Assembly (NCBI GenBank): GCA_040397175.1
Contig: JBBAWM010000001.1
Location: 389,931-453,930, forward strand
DNA from: Candidatus Limnocylindrus sp.
GTDB taxonomy: Bacteria; Chloroflexota; Limnocylindria; Limnocylindrales; Limnocylindraceae
Reading direction: 5' to 3'
Length of the DNA stretch: 64,000 nt
The notes beneath the pieces were generated by a model. That model was not told the origin of the DNA and ran no database searches. It saw only the letters and a program-made list of their open reading frames with translations. Shown here in pieces: positions 49,895 to 59,385 of this stretch; positions within the stretch are counted from its first letter, which is position 1, and each line of letters opens with the position of its first letter. The position numbers were made by a program, and so were the translations under genes.

Positions 49895-51283
49895 ATGCGT
49901 AAGTACACCCCGTACCTGATCCTGGCTACAGCCCTTCTGGCGCTGGCAATTGACCTACTCCCGAATCTAAGCCTCCCCGCGAGTGGAACGGCAGGTGGTA
50001 CCCGCCCAATCGAGACGAAGCTTGGCCTCGACCTTCGAGGGGGCCTCCGCGTTGAGTATCAGGTGCAACCTGTCGACGGCGTCAGCGCAACCGCCGCGGA
50101 CCTTGCCACTATTCGAGACATCATCGAGCGCCGCGTGAACAGCACCGGCGTTTCGGAGCCGCTCGTGCAAACGCAGGGGACCGACCGCATCGTGGTCGAG
50201 CTGCCTGGCGTCACCAACCCTGATTCCATCCGCGCCCTCCTGGGCACCACCGGTCGCCTCGACCTTGTGCCGCTGCCGCGTGACGTCTACGGCTATTTCG
50301 ATGCAGCAACGGGTCAGCCACACACCGGCGTCAAGCCAGTTCCAACCGAGGGCGAAACGTTCAGCGACACCACCCTCAAGGCGCTCTTCTCCGGCGATCA
50401 AATCGATTCGTCCGCGGTGCAGATTGACCAATCGGGTCGGCGAGTCGTCTCATTCAAGCTGAAGTCGGTTGGTGCAGATCTGTTTGCAACATGGACGAAG
50501 GCGAACATCGGCTCGTACTTTGCGATAGTCCTCGATGGTGCCGTTAAATCGGCTCCGTATATCCAGAGCGCCATCACTGGGGGCGAGGCGCAGATTTCGG
50601 GCGGCGGTGCAAGCGGATTTGCGGCGGATGACGCGGCCAACCTTGTCACGATCCTGAAATTCGGCTCCCTTCCATTTCCGATCGCAGAGATTGGGGTCAC
50701 CGACGTGAAAGCGACGCTGGGCGCGGCCTTCTTGGGTCAGGCGCTGTTCGCTGGCGCGGTGGGCATCCTGCTCGTCTTCCTCTTCATGTTGCTGCACTAC
50801 CGCCTCGCGGGCGCCGTGGCCAATATCGCCCTCCTCTTCTACGTGATCATCGTCTTGGCGATCTTCCGCCTCGTCCCTGTCACGCTCACCCTTGCCGGCA
50901 TTGCTGGCTTCGTGCTCTCGATCGGTATGGCGGTAGATGCGAACATCCTGATCTTTGAGCGCACGAAAGAGGAGCTGCGCATTGGGAAGGGGATCGCCCC
51001 GGCCGTAGAGGCAGGCTTCAGTCGCGCGTGGAATTCGATCCTCGACTCCAACGTCTCTAGCCTGATTACCGCGTTCATCCTCTTCTATTTCGGCTCATCA
51101 ACGATCAAGGGCTTCGCGCTTGTACTCATCATCGGTGTGCTCTGCTCACTCTTCACCGCGGTGACCGTGACGCGCCTGATCCTTCGAACCGTTATTGCAC
51201 AGAAGCGCTTCTCTTCGCCATATCTTTACGGCACGGCGAAGGGCGACCTTGACGCTCTCGATCGGGGGGTCATCCATGGATAA
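49895..51283 (+). CDS. secD: Protein translocase subunit SecD
   Basis: LGLDLRGG, RRVNSTGVSEP, RIVVELPG, IGMAVDANILIFER, ILDSN, IKGFA. Confidence 0.97.
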   Translation: MRKYTPYLILATALLALAIDLLPNLSLPASGTAGGTRPIETKLGLDLRGGLRVEYQVQPVDGVSATAADLATIRDIIERRVNSTGVSEPLVQTQGTDRIVVELPGVTNPDSIRALLGTTGRLDLVPLPRDVYGYFDAATGQPHTGVKPVPTEGETFSDTTLKALFSGDQIDSSAVQIDQSGRRVVSFKLKSVGADLFATWTKANIGSYFAIVLDGAVKSAPYIQSAITGGEAQISGGGASGFAADDAANLVTILKFGSLPFPIAEIGVTDVKATLGAAFLGQALFAGAVGILLVFLFMLLHYRLAGAVANIALLFYVIIVLAIFRLVPVTLTLAGIAGFVLSIGMAVDANILIFERTKEELRIGKGIAPAVEAGFSRAWNSILDSNVSSLITAFILFYFGSSTIKGFALVLIIGVLCSLFTAVTVTRLILRTVIAQKRFSSPYLYGTAKGDLDALDRGVIHG

Positions 51284-52232
51284 GATCATCGCGCGCAAGC
51301 GCTGGTTTTTCCTCTTCTCGCTGCTCATCACGGTTCCAGGTCTGCTCTTTACGCTGGCAACTCCACTCTCGGGCGGCGCAGTTGGCCTGAAGTTCTCGAT
51401 TGACTATACCGGTGGCACCATCTGGGAGTTCCGACCAGAGACTCCTGCCGATCCGCTGGTAGTGCAAGCGGCGGTTGCGAGTGCTGGCCACGAAGAGGCG
51501 ACGGTTACCGAGGCTGGAACAGGCTTCCTTATTGTGCGAACAAAGCCCCTCGACCTGCAGGTTGGCCAGGATCAGATTACGGATGCTGGGGCAGAGCTCC
51601 AGAAGATCCGCACGGCGGTCGTCGCGGCCATCGGGCCTATTGCCGAGGAGGGCTCGGTCTCCACGGTCGGCCCCGTGATCAGCCAAGACTTGACGCAGCA
51701 GGCACTCCTGCTCGTCGTGCTCGGTTCAATCGGCATCTTGCTCTGGATGACCTACCGCTTCCGCAACCTTCGGTTCGGACTGGCCGCCCTTACCGCCCTC
51801 CTGCACGACGTGATTGTGACCATCGGATTCTTTGCGATCGCAGGCACCGTCGCGGGAATCGAGATCGATGCCCTCTTCGTCACGGCAATGTTGACCATCA
51901 TCGGCTTCTCGGTGCACGACACGATCGTGGTGTTTGACCGAATTCGTGAGAACCTCGTCCGCCACGCAGGTGCGCCCTTCGGCGATATCGTCAATCACTC
52001 CATCGTGCAGACGTTGGGTCGTTCGTTCAATACCACAGCAACGGTACTCATCACCCTGCTCACCCTGCTCGTGTTCGCCGGCGGCTCCGTGCGCACCTTC
52101 GTGTTGGCACTCTTCATCGGGATCCTCTCCGGCACCTACTCCTCGATCTTCAACGCCAGCCCACTGCTAGTTTGGTGGGAGGAGCGCGCACAGGCGCGCA
52201 AGGCTGCAGCGGCTCGAACCCGCACGGTGTAG
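51276..52232 (+). CDS. secF: Protein translocase subunit SecF
   Basis: IDYTGGT, VGPVIS, ALLHDV, IGFSVHDTIVVFDRIREN, GTYSSIF. Confidence 0.97.
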   Translation: MDKIIARKRWFFLFSLLITVPGLLFTLATPLSGGAVGLKFSIDYTGGTIWEFRPETPADPLVVQAAVASAGHEEATVTEAGTGFLIVRTKPLDLQVGQDQITDAGAELQKIRTAVVAAIGPIAEEGSVSTVGPVISQDLTQQALLLVVLGSIGILLWMTYRFRNLRFGLAALTALLHDVIVTIGFFAIAGTVAGIEIDALFVTAMLTIIGFSVHDTIVVFDRIRENLVRHAGAPFGDIVNHSIVQTLGRSFNTTATVLITLLTLLVFAGGSVRTFVLALFIGILSGTYSSIFNASPLLVWWEERAQARKAAAARTRTV

Positions 52233-52233
52233 C

Positions 52234-54021
52234 GTGCCAGCGCGGGCCTGGCGCCTTGAGCCAGTCGTTGCCCTTCATCCCGCAGCAAGCGGCGAAATTC
52301 AGGCGAGCCCGGAACTCCTGCAGCTCTTCACCGATCTGCTGATCCCCAAGGGGCGGCACCTCTCGCTCGCGACACTCCTGCACAGCCGTGGCCTCGCCAA
52401 CCCCGTGGATGCCCGCCAATTCTTGGATCGCAACGATCGCACCCTGCACGATCCACACCTACTCCCTGATGCCACCGGCCTCATTGCCCGTCTTCGTGCG
52501 GCAGGCGAGGAGGGAGAGCCCGTGCTCGTGGTTGGCGACTTTGACGCCGACGGCCTCACAGGGGCAGCAATCATGATTCGAGCGCTCCGCGCCATTGGGG
52601 CGATTGCCGAGGGGTATATCCCACAACGCGATGGTGATGGACACGGTATCCCCGAGGGGGCGATCGCGGCCGCACTCGAAGATGGTGTGGAGCTGATCCT
52701 TGCCGTCGACTGTGGAACCGCCGATCGTGCGCGCGTCGCCGAGGCGCTCGAGGTGGGCATTCTTGTTGGAATCATCGATCACCACGCCGTGCCACCGGAA
52801 CCGGCGCAAGCGGCCTGGCTGGTGAATCCGAATCGACCGGATTCTCTCTATCCATTCCCCAACCTGGCTGGGAGTGGCCTCGCATTCAAAATCGCACAGG
52901 GGCTCCTGGCCGATCACCCGCAACGGCGCGAGCTCTTGGCAGAGCTCTCCGTCCTCGCCATGGTTGGTGGCATCGCCGACATGGTCCCCGTAGCGAATGA
53001 GTTTCGGGTCATTGTGCGATCGGCGTTGAAGGTGATGAATGGTGCGGGCACGATGCCTGTCGGCATCGCTGCGCTCTTACGTGCGGCGGGGGCAGAACCG
53101 CCGTATCGCGCCGAAGTCTCAGGCTTTACGATTTCGCCGCGCATCAACGCCGCAGGGCGCATCGGCGACGCTGCGCCAGCCCTCGCCCTCCTGACAACCG
53201 ATGATCCAGCTGAGGCTGCTGAGCTTGCCGCGCTCCTGGAGGGGATCAACCTCGAGCGAAAAGAGCTGACGAAAGTGGCGATCGACGAGGCGCGTGCGCT
53301 GCTTGGGCTTCTGCCGGGTGCGCCTCGCGATGATGCGCGTGCCTTTCTGGGCGATGGTCTCGTGGCGGTGCGCGGCCCCTGGTCAGTTGGGCTCATCGGC
53401 CTCATCGCTGGACGCCTGAGTGAGGAGACCGGGCGACCGGCACTTGTGGCGCACGACGACGGGAGTGGAGCACCGCTGCGCGCCTCCGTTCGCGCGCCGA
53501 AGGGCTTCGGTGTCGCTGCGGCACTGCAGGAGGCGAGTGACCTCCTGATTCGCCACGGGGGACACGACGGGGCGGGCGGCTGCTCGTTTGTTGCCGCGGA
53601 GTGGGGGGCACTGCTCCCTCGGCTCAGCGCTACCTGCGCGGGGCAGGCCGAGACGCGCACGCCGGAGTTGACCGTCGACCTTGCGGCGCCCATCGGCAGC
53701 CGGTCCCCAAATGATCTCGCCGCGTTAGCGGAGCATCTCGCTCCGACCGGCATGGGGAATCCCGAGCCAACCTTCCTCTTACGTGACATCCCACTCACCG
53801 CGGTGCGCCTTGTGGGGGAGGGACGACATGCACGGCTGACGCTCTCGGTGGACGGCGCTGCAATCGAGGCGATGGCATTCGGTCGGCCGGATGCCGAACA
53901 GCTTGCGGGGGGCTCCATCGATCTGGTTGTGCGAACTTCCCCGCGAACCTATCGTGGGTCGGCACGCATCGAGGTGCACGTCGTAGACCTGCGGCCAGTG
54001 GCGCTCGGGGAGGGCATATGA
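52234..54021 (+). CDS. recJ: Single-stranded DNA exonuclease RecJ
   Basis: GDFDADG, VDCG, IDHH, IADMV, SPRINAAGR, DHHA1 GGHDGAGG, PTGMGNPEP; secDF-recJ synteny. Confidence 0.93.
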   Translation: MPARAWRLEPVVALHPAASGEIQASPELLQLFTDLLIPKGRHLSLATLLHSRGLANPVDARQFLDRNDRTLHDPHLLPDATGLIARLRAAGEEGEPVLVVGDFDADGLTGAAIMIRALRAIGAIAEGYIPQRDGDGHGIPEGAIAAALEDGVELILAVDCGTADRARVAEALEVGILVGIIDHHAVPPEPAQAAWLVNPNRPDSLYPFPNLAGSGLAFKIAQGLLADHPQRRELLAELSVLAMVGGIADMVPVANEFRVIVRSALKVMNGAGTMPVGIAALLRAAGAEPPYRAEVSGFTISPRINAAGRIGDAAPALALLTTDDPAEAAELAALLEGINLERKELTKVAIDEARALLGLLPGAPRDDARAFLGDGLVAVRGPWSVGLIGLIAGRLSEETGRPALVAHDDGSGAPLRASVRAPKGFGVAAALQEASDLLIRHGGHDGAGGCSFVAAEWGALLPRLSATCAGQAETRTPELTVDLAAPIGSRSPNDLAALAEHLAPTGMGNPEPTFLLRDIPLTAVRLVGEGRHARLTLSVDGAAIEAMAFGRPDAEQLAGGSIDLVVRTSPRTYRGSARIEVHVVDLRPVALGEGI

Positions 54022-55226
54022 GTGGAAACCGATCACTTCGGCCGCTACCACGTGCACGCCGCGCCACGCCGCAGCCATTCCATGGAGCAAAACCTCCGAC
54101 GAATCGCGATCTCATGAGCAGGGACGGAGCTCCGCGGCGTCCTATTAGTCCCGCTCCGATCGTTGCGGCGCTCCTCCTAGCACTGCTCGCCGCGGGAAGC
54201 CTCGTCGGCCTATCGCTGAGCACACCGGCGGCCGCAGATAATCCCAATAGTGGACCTGAGGTGACCGAGGGCGCCATCGTTGATGGAACGATTGCGTTCG
54301 GACGTGGTGGTTCAATCTGGAGTGTCAGTGGCGCAACGCTGCACCAACTCACCACCGCAACGTCAGACTCTGATCTCGCGTGGAGCGCCGATGGCGTATG
54401 GCTGTACGCCATCCGTCATCGCAAGGAGAGCGGCGGACGATTTCTCGGGAATGGAAGCATGCAGGGGTATGAGCTCAATGTTCCCACCCTCCTCCGCCTC
54501 TCGGCTTTCGGTGGTGGCGAGGAGGTCATCTTCGATGGCCTGATTGCCGGATCGCGACCTGCGCTGAATTGGTCCGGGTTCATGTATGGACCGTCGCTGG
54601 CCAGTGATGGTCGCATTGCCATCGCGACCGATTATCGTGGCCGAGATACTGGTACCGATGTGGTGGTTCGGTTCATGAGCAGTGATGGGAGAACCATTAC
54701 CACCCCATCCCTGCCGCATGTCGCACCATTTGGCCACCAGGACCCCGTCTGGAGCCCTGATGGGAGTGCTCTCTACTACGTTCAGAATGGCCTCTCGGGA
54801 AGTGGCTCCTCCTCGAGGATCATCCGGTACAACATCGCCCAGAAGAGCACGACTCGAATTGGTGAGACGGGCCTGATCCAGCCGGCGATCAGCCCAGATG
54901 GCCGCTGGATCGCGGCAACGCGAATCTCTGCTCGCGGCACCGATGTCGTTATCTTGAATCCGACCACGGGCAAAGTCGCGCTCGAGATCACGCGCACGGG
55001 CAAGTCATGGGCGCCAGCCTGGTCACCGAGCGGTTCGCAGCTTGCCTACCTCTCTGCGAGCGGGAGCCTGGCGAATCTCAATCTCTCCTCGTTTAGCGTC
55101 GGGCCGTCTGGAGTCCCTAACCCGCCAGTCATTTTCAGCCTGCTCCGTGATCCGGTTGACCCGAATGTTCGGCCGGCATGGGGGAGCTTGAGTACGACGC
55201 CTGCAAACGCGAGCCCATCTCCGTAG
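54018..55226 (+). CDS. Exported TolB-like (PD40 repeat) beta-propeller protein
   Basis: Hydrophobic N-terminal segment and repeats LAWSADG, PVWSPDG, PAISPDG, PAWSPSG, PAWG; the start may be a downstream Met. Confidence 0.75.
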   Translation: MSGNRSLRPLPRARRATPQPFHGAKPPTNRDLMSRDGAPRRPISPAPIVAALLLALLAAGSLVGLSLSTPAAADNPNSGPEVTEGAIVDGTIAFGRGGSIWSVSGATLHQLTTATSDSDLAWSADGVWLYAIRHRKESGGRFLGNGSMQGYELNVPTLLRLSAFGGGEEVIFDGLIAGSRPALNWSGFMYGPSLASDGRIAIATDYRGRDTGTDVVVRFMSSDGRTITTPSLPHVAPFGHQDPVWSPDGSALYYVQNGLSGSGSSSRIIRYNIAQKSTTRIGETGLIQPAISPDGRWIAATRISARGTDVVILNPTTGKVALEITRTGKSWAPAWSPSGSQLAYLSASGSLANLNLSSFSVGPSGVPNPPVIFSLLRDPVDPNVRPAWGSLSTTPANASPSP

Positions 55227-55354
55227 GTTGTTCGCACGTCCCGGCGAGCGGTAGGGTCGACCGTGGCACGTGCTACCGCCCTGGAGTTTCCCGTCAGCCC
55301 TCCCGTGGAGCCGTGCGTGGCGCTTCGCCACTCTCGCACGGGGGATCGCCTCGC

Positions 55355-55360
55355 TATACT
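55355..55360 (+). promoter_or_regulatory. -10 box for tatAC
   Basis: gcTATACT 40 nt upstream of the tatA ATG; SD GAGGAGG. Confidence 0.55.
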
Positions 55361-55400
55361 CGCCTCCTAAGGGCGCTAGCCCACTACGAGGAGGTCTCAT

Positions 55401-55616
55401 ATGCCAAACGTCGGGTTCCCAGAGTTGATCCTGATCCTTGCCGTCGTGCTCTTGGTCTTTGGGCCAGGGAAACTCCCTGAGATTGGGAAGGCCGTAGGCA
55501 CCTCGTTCCGCGAATTCAAGGACGCAACGTCGGGGGCCTCCTCGGCGCCAACCAAGCCGCGCGCCAAGAAGGCGACAAAGCGCGTCGCTGCGCCTCGCGC
55601 AAAGCGAAAGGCCTAA
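55401..55616 (+). CDS. tatA: Twin-arginine translocase subunit TatA
   Basis: [36 protein letters not shown]. Confidence 0.97.
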   Translation: MPNVGFPELILILAVVLLVFGPGKLPEIGKAVGTSFREFKDATSGASSAPTKPRAKKATKRVAAPRAKRKA

Positions 55617-55634
55617 CCTCGGTTCACACCGATC

Positions 55635-56351
55635 ATGCCTCGCTCTCGTGAGTTGAGCGGCGCGAATGCGCCGCTGATCGATCACCTTAAGGAGCTGCGC
55701 CGACGTGTCGGCATTGCCCTTGCCGCAGTCGTGATCGGGGCCATCGCCACGTTCGCTTGGTGCGATTCACTGATTGCGCTCTTGCGAACACCACTCAACG
55801 GCACCCCCCTCTACTTCGTTGGGATCGGCGACGCCTTTGGGATCCGCATGCAGCTGAGCCTGATCGGGGGTGTTGGGCTGGCCATGCCGATCTGGCTCTG
55901 GCAGGCCTGGGCATTTATTCGCCCGGGGCTCACGGATCGGGAGAGGCGCGCCGCGCGGCCATGGATTCCACTGGCGCTCCTCCTCTTTATTGTTGGCGTT
56001 GGGGTGGCCTGGGTCGTCTTGCCCTTTGCGGTGAGCTTCCTTCTCTCCTTCGCGACCGCCGATCTGACGCCACTCATTGCCGCCGATCGCTACTTTGGAT
56101 TTGTGGGCTCACTCATGCTGGTATTTGGGCTGGCCACGGAGTATCCGATCCTCCTTGTCTTCCTCTCGCGTATCGGAGTGGTCACCTCAGCGAAGCTGCA
56201 GCGCTGGCGGCGCAACGCACTGGTACTCGCCGTGGTGGTCGGGGCGTTCGCCACTCCGGGAACGGACCTCGTAAGTCCAATCGTGCTCTCCGCGGTGCTC
56301 TACATCCTCTACGAGCTCTCCATCTGGCTTGTTCGGGTCGGTGGCCGATGA
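55635..56351 (+). CDS. tatC: Twin-arginine translocase subunit TatC
   Basis: PLIDHLKELRRR, QAWAFIRPGL, FGLATEYP, ATPGTD, LYELSI. Confidence 0.96.
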   Translation: MPRSRELSGANAPLIDHLKELRRRVGIALAAVVIGAIATFAWCDSLIALLRTPLNGTPLYFVGIGDAFGIRMQLSLIGGVGLAMPIWLWQAWAFIRPGLTDRERRAARPWIPLALLLFIVGVGVAWVVLPFAVSFLLSFATADLTPLIAADRYFGFVGSLMLVFGLATEYPILLVFLSRIGVVTSAKLQRWRRNALVLAVVVGAFATPGTDLVSPIVLSAVLYILYELSIWLVRVGGR

Positions 56352-57241
56352 TGGTGGCCCCCGTGGTACCGCAGAAGATCGTGCTGCTCACTGGCCTCTC
56401 CGGCGCAGGGAAGAGCACCGCAACAAAATCTCTCGAAGACATCGGATTCCGCACGATCGACAATTTGCCGAACGATCTCATCCCAGCGCTCCTTGAGAAG
56501 ATTCAACTCCAACCCGAACGGTTTGCACGGCTCTGCCTCGTGATTGATGCTCGTGACGGGGATCCGTACTCCACCATTGACGCGGTGCGGAGTGCGGGCG
56601 CGAAGTTTGGTCGCGAATGCCGCGTCATCTACCTTGATTCACGGGACGACGTGCTCATTCGGCGATTTAGCGAGACTCGGCACCGTCACCCCCTCGGCGG
56701 ACCGATTGATGCGCCCAGCGACGTTGCGGGGGCCATTCGGGCGGAACGTCTCCTTCTCAGCGCCTCCCGAGAGGTTGCGGATGCAGTGATTGATACGAGC
56801 GATCTATCGGCCCGTGAGTTGCGTGATCGGCTCGTGCAAGAGGCGTTAGGCGGAGATGTTTCAATCTCGATCCATCTCACCAGCTTCGGCTACAAGCATG
56901 GGATTCCCCTAGATTCCGACCTACTCTTCGATGTGCGGTCGGCGGCGAACCCACACTGGGTGCCAGAGTTACGGCCAAAAGATGGGCGTGATCGCGACGT
57001 CGCTGCCTACGTGATGAACGACCCCATTGGAGCCTCAATCGAAGAGGCTATTGCGGCATTCGTCGTGACCACGCTCGATACCTACCTGAGCGATGGGCGT
57101 GGCCGCCTGAGCATTGCGATCGGATGTACCGGTGGCCGACACCGCTCCGTGGCGATCAGCGAGTCGTTGGCAGTGCGGCTGCAACGCAGCGCCGGAGCGC
57201 ACACGGTGCATGTGCACCACCGCGATGTGGAGCGCACGTAG
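56348..57241 (+). CDS. rapZ: RapZ/YvcJ P-loop nucleotide-binding protein
   Basis: TGLSGAGKS, IDNLP, RRFSETRHRHPL, SFGYKHG, GCTGGRHRSV, HRD; ATGA overlap with tatC. Confidence 0.95.
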   Translation: MMVAPVVPQKIVLLTGLSGAGKSTATKSLEDIGFRTIDNLPNDLIPALLEKIQLQPERFARLCLVIDARDGDPYSTIDAVRSAGAKFGRECRVIYLDSRDDVLIRRFSETRHRHPLGGPIDAPSDVAGAIRAERLLLSASREVADAVIDTSDLSARELRDRLVQEALGGDVSISIHLTSFGYKHGIPLDSDLLFDVRSAANPHWVPELRPKDGRDRDVAAYVMNDPIGASIEEAIAAFVVTTLDTYLSDGRGRLSIAIGCTGGRHRSVAISESLAVRLQRSAGAHTVHVHHRDVERT

Positions 57242-57243
57242 GG

Positions 57244-58542
57244 GTGAGTCGATTCGGCTGGCTGAAGCCTGGACTCGGAGTTAAGCGGTGGCTGCTCCTG
57301 GCCTTCGTCGGCGCGGGGATCATTGCGCTTGGCGCGCTCAGTGGGATCCGTGCGCTCGCCACGGGAGCACAGCTTCCAGATCCACTGGTGCAAATTGCCG
57401 AGGCGATCGCCCTGCGTGATCTGGCCCCCATGGTGCGCGCCGCCGCTGCTGCGGCAACGGGACTCCTCCTCGTGGCAGTTGGGTTGGTTGGCCTGGCACG
57501 GGCGGCGATCCTGCCGTACCGAACAGATCGTCCGGGCGTCTCCCTCCTTGAGTTGCTCGAACATCGTCGCCGGCTGGCCCGCGGACGTCGCGTCGTGGTG
57601 CTCGGTGGCGGGACCGGGCTGGGCACCGTCCTTCGCGGCCTAAAGCGAGAGACGGCGCATCTCACCGCGATCGTTTCGATGGGCGATGACGGCGGATCGT
57701 CAGGGATCCTTCGAGAGCAGCTCGGTATCCCGCCCGTCGGTGACTTGCGAAACTGCCTCGTCGCCCTTTCGGATTCCGAGTCCACGGCAGCAGATCTGCT
57801 GCGCTTTCGACTTCCAGCTGAGCCTGGCGCACCACGCGGGCACGCCATTGGCAATCTCCTCCTTGCCGCGGCGATCCACCAAGAGGGGGGAGACCTTGAG
57901 CGGGGTGTGGCGCGCGTCCATCGCATCCTGAATGTACGTGGAGAGGTGATCCCCGGTACGACGGTTGCCCTCGAGTTGATCGGCACGACGATTGAGGGGG
58001 TAACCGTCCGGGGGCAAGCGCAGCTCGCGCGCACGCGACACATCGACCGCATGCGCATCACACCTGAAGGGGCGCACGCAACACCATCCGCGATCACCGC
58101 GATCGAGCAGGCTGACCTGATTGTGCTCGGCCCAGGCTCGCTCTATACGAGCGTGATCCCGCACCTCCTCGTGCCAGAGATCCTTGCGGCACTTCAGGCT
58201 CGGCGCGCGCCACTGGTGTGGGTGGCGAACGTTGACGAGCAGGAGGGGGAGACCGAAGGGATGGATCTCGATGCCCACCTTGCAGCGCTCGAGGCGCATG
58301 GGGCGTCGGGCCTGATAGACGGCATCCTTGCCACCTCCGCCAGCACGCGCCGTGCTGGTGCCGTTGGCGGTGTGCCAATTGCACCAACGCTGCACCACGC
58401 CACCGACGCAGATGGTCGTAAGCGTCCGCCGCTCTATGTGCGCGATATCGCCTCCCGACGAACGCCGCACCTCCATGAGCCGAACCTCCTCTCCCGCGCG
58501 CTTCTGCGGCTGCCACTGCGCGAGCCTCGACGCACACGATGA
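57244..58542 (+). CDS. yvcK: YvcK/GlmR family protein with N-terminal TM extension
   Basis: GGGTGL, GDDGGSSGILR, GDLRNCL, GHAIGNL, GPGSLYTSVIP; N-terminal WLKPGLGVKRW plus TM helices. Confidence 0.92.
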   Translation: MSRFGWLKPGLGVKRWLLLAFVGAGIIALGALSGIRALATGAQLPDPLVQIAEAIALRDLAPMVRAAAAAATGLLLVAVGLVGLARAAILPYRTDRPGVSLLELLEHRRRLARGRRVVVLGGGTGLGTVLRGLKRETAHLTAIVSMGDDGGSSGILREQLGIPPVGDLRNCLVALSDSESTAADLLRFRLPAEPGAPRGHAIGNLLLAAAIHQEGGDLERGVARVHRILNVRGEVIPGTTVALELIGTTIEGVTVRGQAQLARTRHIDRMRITPEGAHATPSAITAIEQADLIVLGPGSLYTSVIPHLLVPEILAALQARRAPLVWVANVDEQEGETEGMDLDAHLAALEAHGASGLIDGILATSASTRRAGAVGGVPIAPTLHHATDADGRKRPPLYVRDIASRRTPHLHEPNLLSRALLRLPLREPRRTR

Positions 58543-59378
58543 GTCGGGGCGAGGCGGACCTTGTCGCCTCCATCCGTCATGAACTAGCGGCGATTCGTCC
58601 AGCGCGAACCTGTTGTATCCAGGCAGAGCTCGCTGCGCTCGGTGACGCTGGTCGCCGTGTAGATGTTTCGCTCGCACGCGCAGTGCACGAGCTTGGGACA
58701 GAGCTCTCGCAGCGTGGAGCGGCCAGAGGCTGGAGCGGCTCGCCTCAAAACAGCGCGGAGCGTTGTGCCGCCGATCTGGGTGGATCGCGCTCTGAACAAC
58801 ATTGTCGCCTAGCGTTCCTTCGTGGACGAATCCTTGCGCGGGGATCCCTCTCACTCGCTTCAGGGAGTGTGCACCTCGAGATCAACGTCTCGGTGGACGA
58901 GGCGGCTGATCTCGCCCAGCTGACCGCAGGGGATCGCCTTGGTGGACATCGGCGAGAGCGGCGCGGGAAGGGACTGCTGGTGTGGAAGGGTCGCGATCTG
59001 CTTATTGACCTGCTGCGGCGACTCGGCGCAACTGCTGCAGTAGCCGAGATGGAGGCGCGTGGCATTGGCCGGGAGGTGCGTGGCAGCCTCAATCGCAGCG
59101 TGAATGCCGAGACCGCGAACCTCACGCGTGCCGTCCGCGCCGGGATTCGACAGGCGCGAGCCTGCACCGTGGCGCTCGAGGAGGAGCTGCTGCAGGCGGA
59201 GAGCCTGCATGTGCGCGTCGCACATGTTCGATCCGGAGCCCCCGAGGCGACCCTGGCGGAGCTTGCCGCTGACCTCTCGATGGCACGCTCGACGGTGCAA
59301 CGGGCGCTCGTTGAGATTGAGCGTCGTGTCAGTGCGGCGCAGGCGGGCGGCCACTCCGTGGGGCAACCTCTGCGATGA
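58539..59378 (+). CDS. whiA: DNA-binding protein WhiA
   Basis: IRHELA...CCIQAEL, AFLRG, NRSVNAETANL, C-terminal HTH PEATLAELA; rapZ-yvcK-whiA synteny. Confidence 0.88.
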   Translation: MSRGEADLVASIRHELAAIRPARTCCIQAELAALGDAGRRVDVSLARAVHELGTELSQRGAARGWSGSPQNSAERCAADLGGSRSEQHCRLAFLRGRILARGSLSLASGSVHLEINVSVDEAADLAQLTAGDRLGGHRRERRGKGLLVWKGRDLLIDLLRRLGATAAVAEMEARGIGREVRGSLNRSVNAETANLTRAVRAGIRQARACTVALEEELLQAESLHVRVAHVRSGAPEATLAELAADLSMARSTVQRALVEIERRVSAAQAGGHSVGQPLR

Positions 59379-59385
59379 TTCACGT

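Noticed and set aside
55270-55310. Minus-strand GGGAAACTCCAGGGC resembling RNase P RNA GAGGAAAGTCC
   Set aside because: The match is loose, no 3' P4 partner sequence is present, and the gap is far too short for rnpB.
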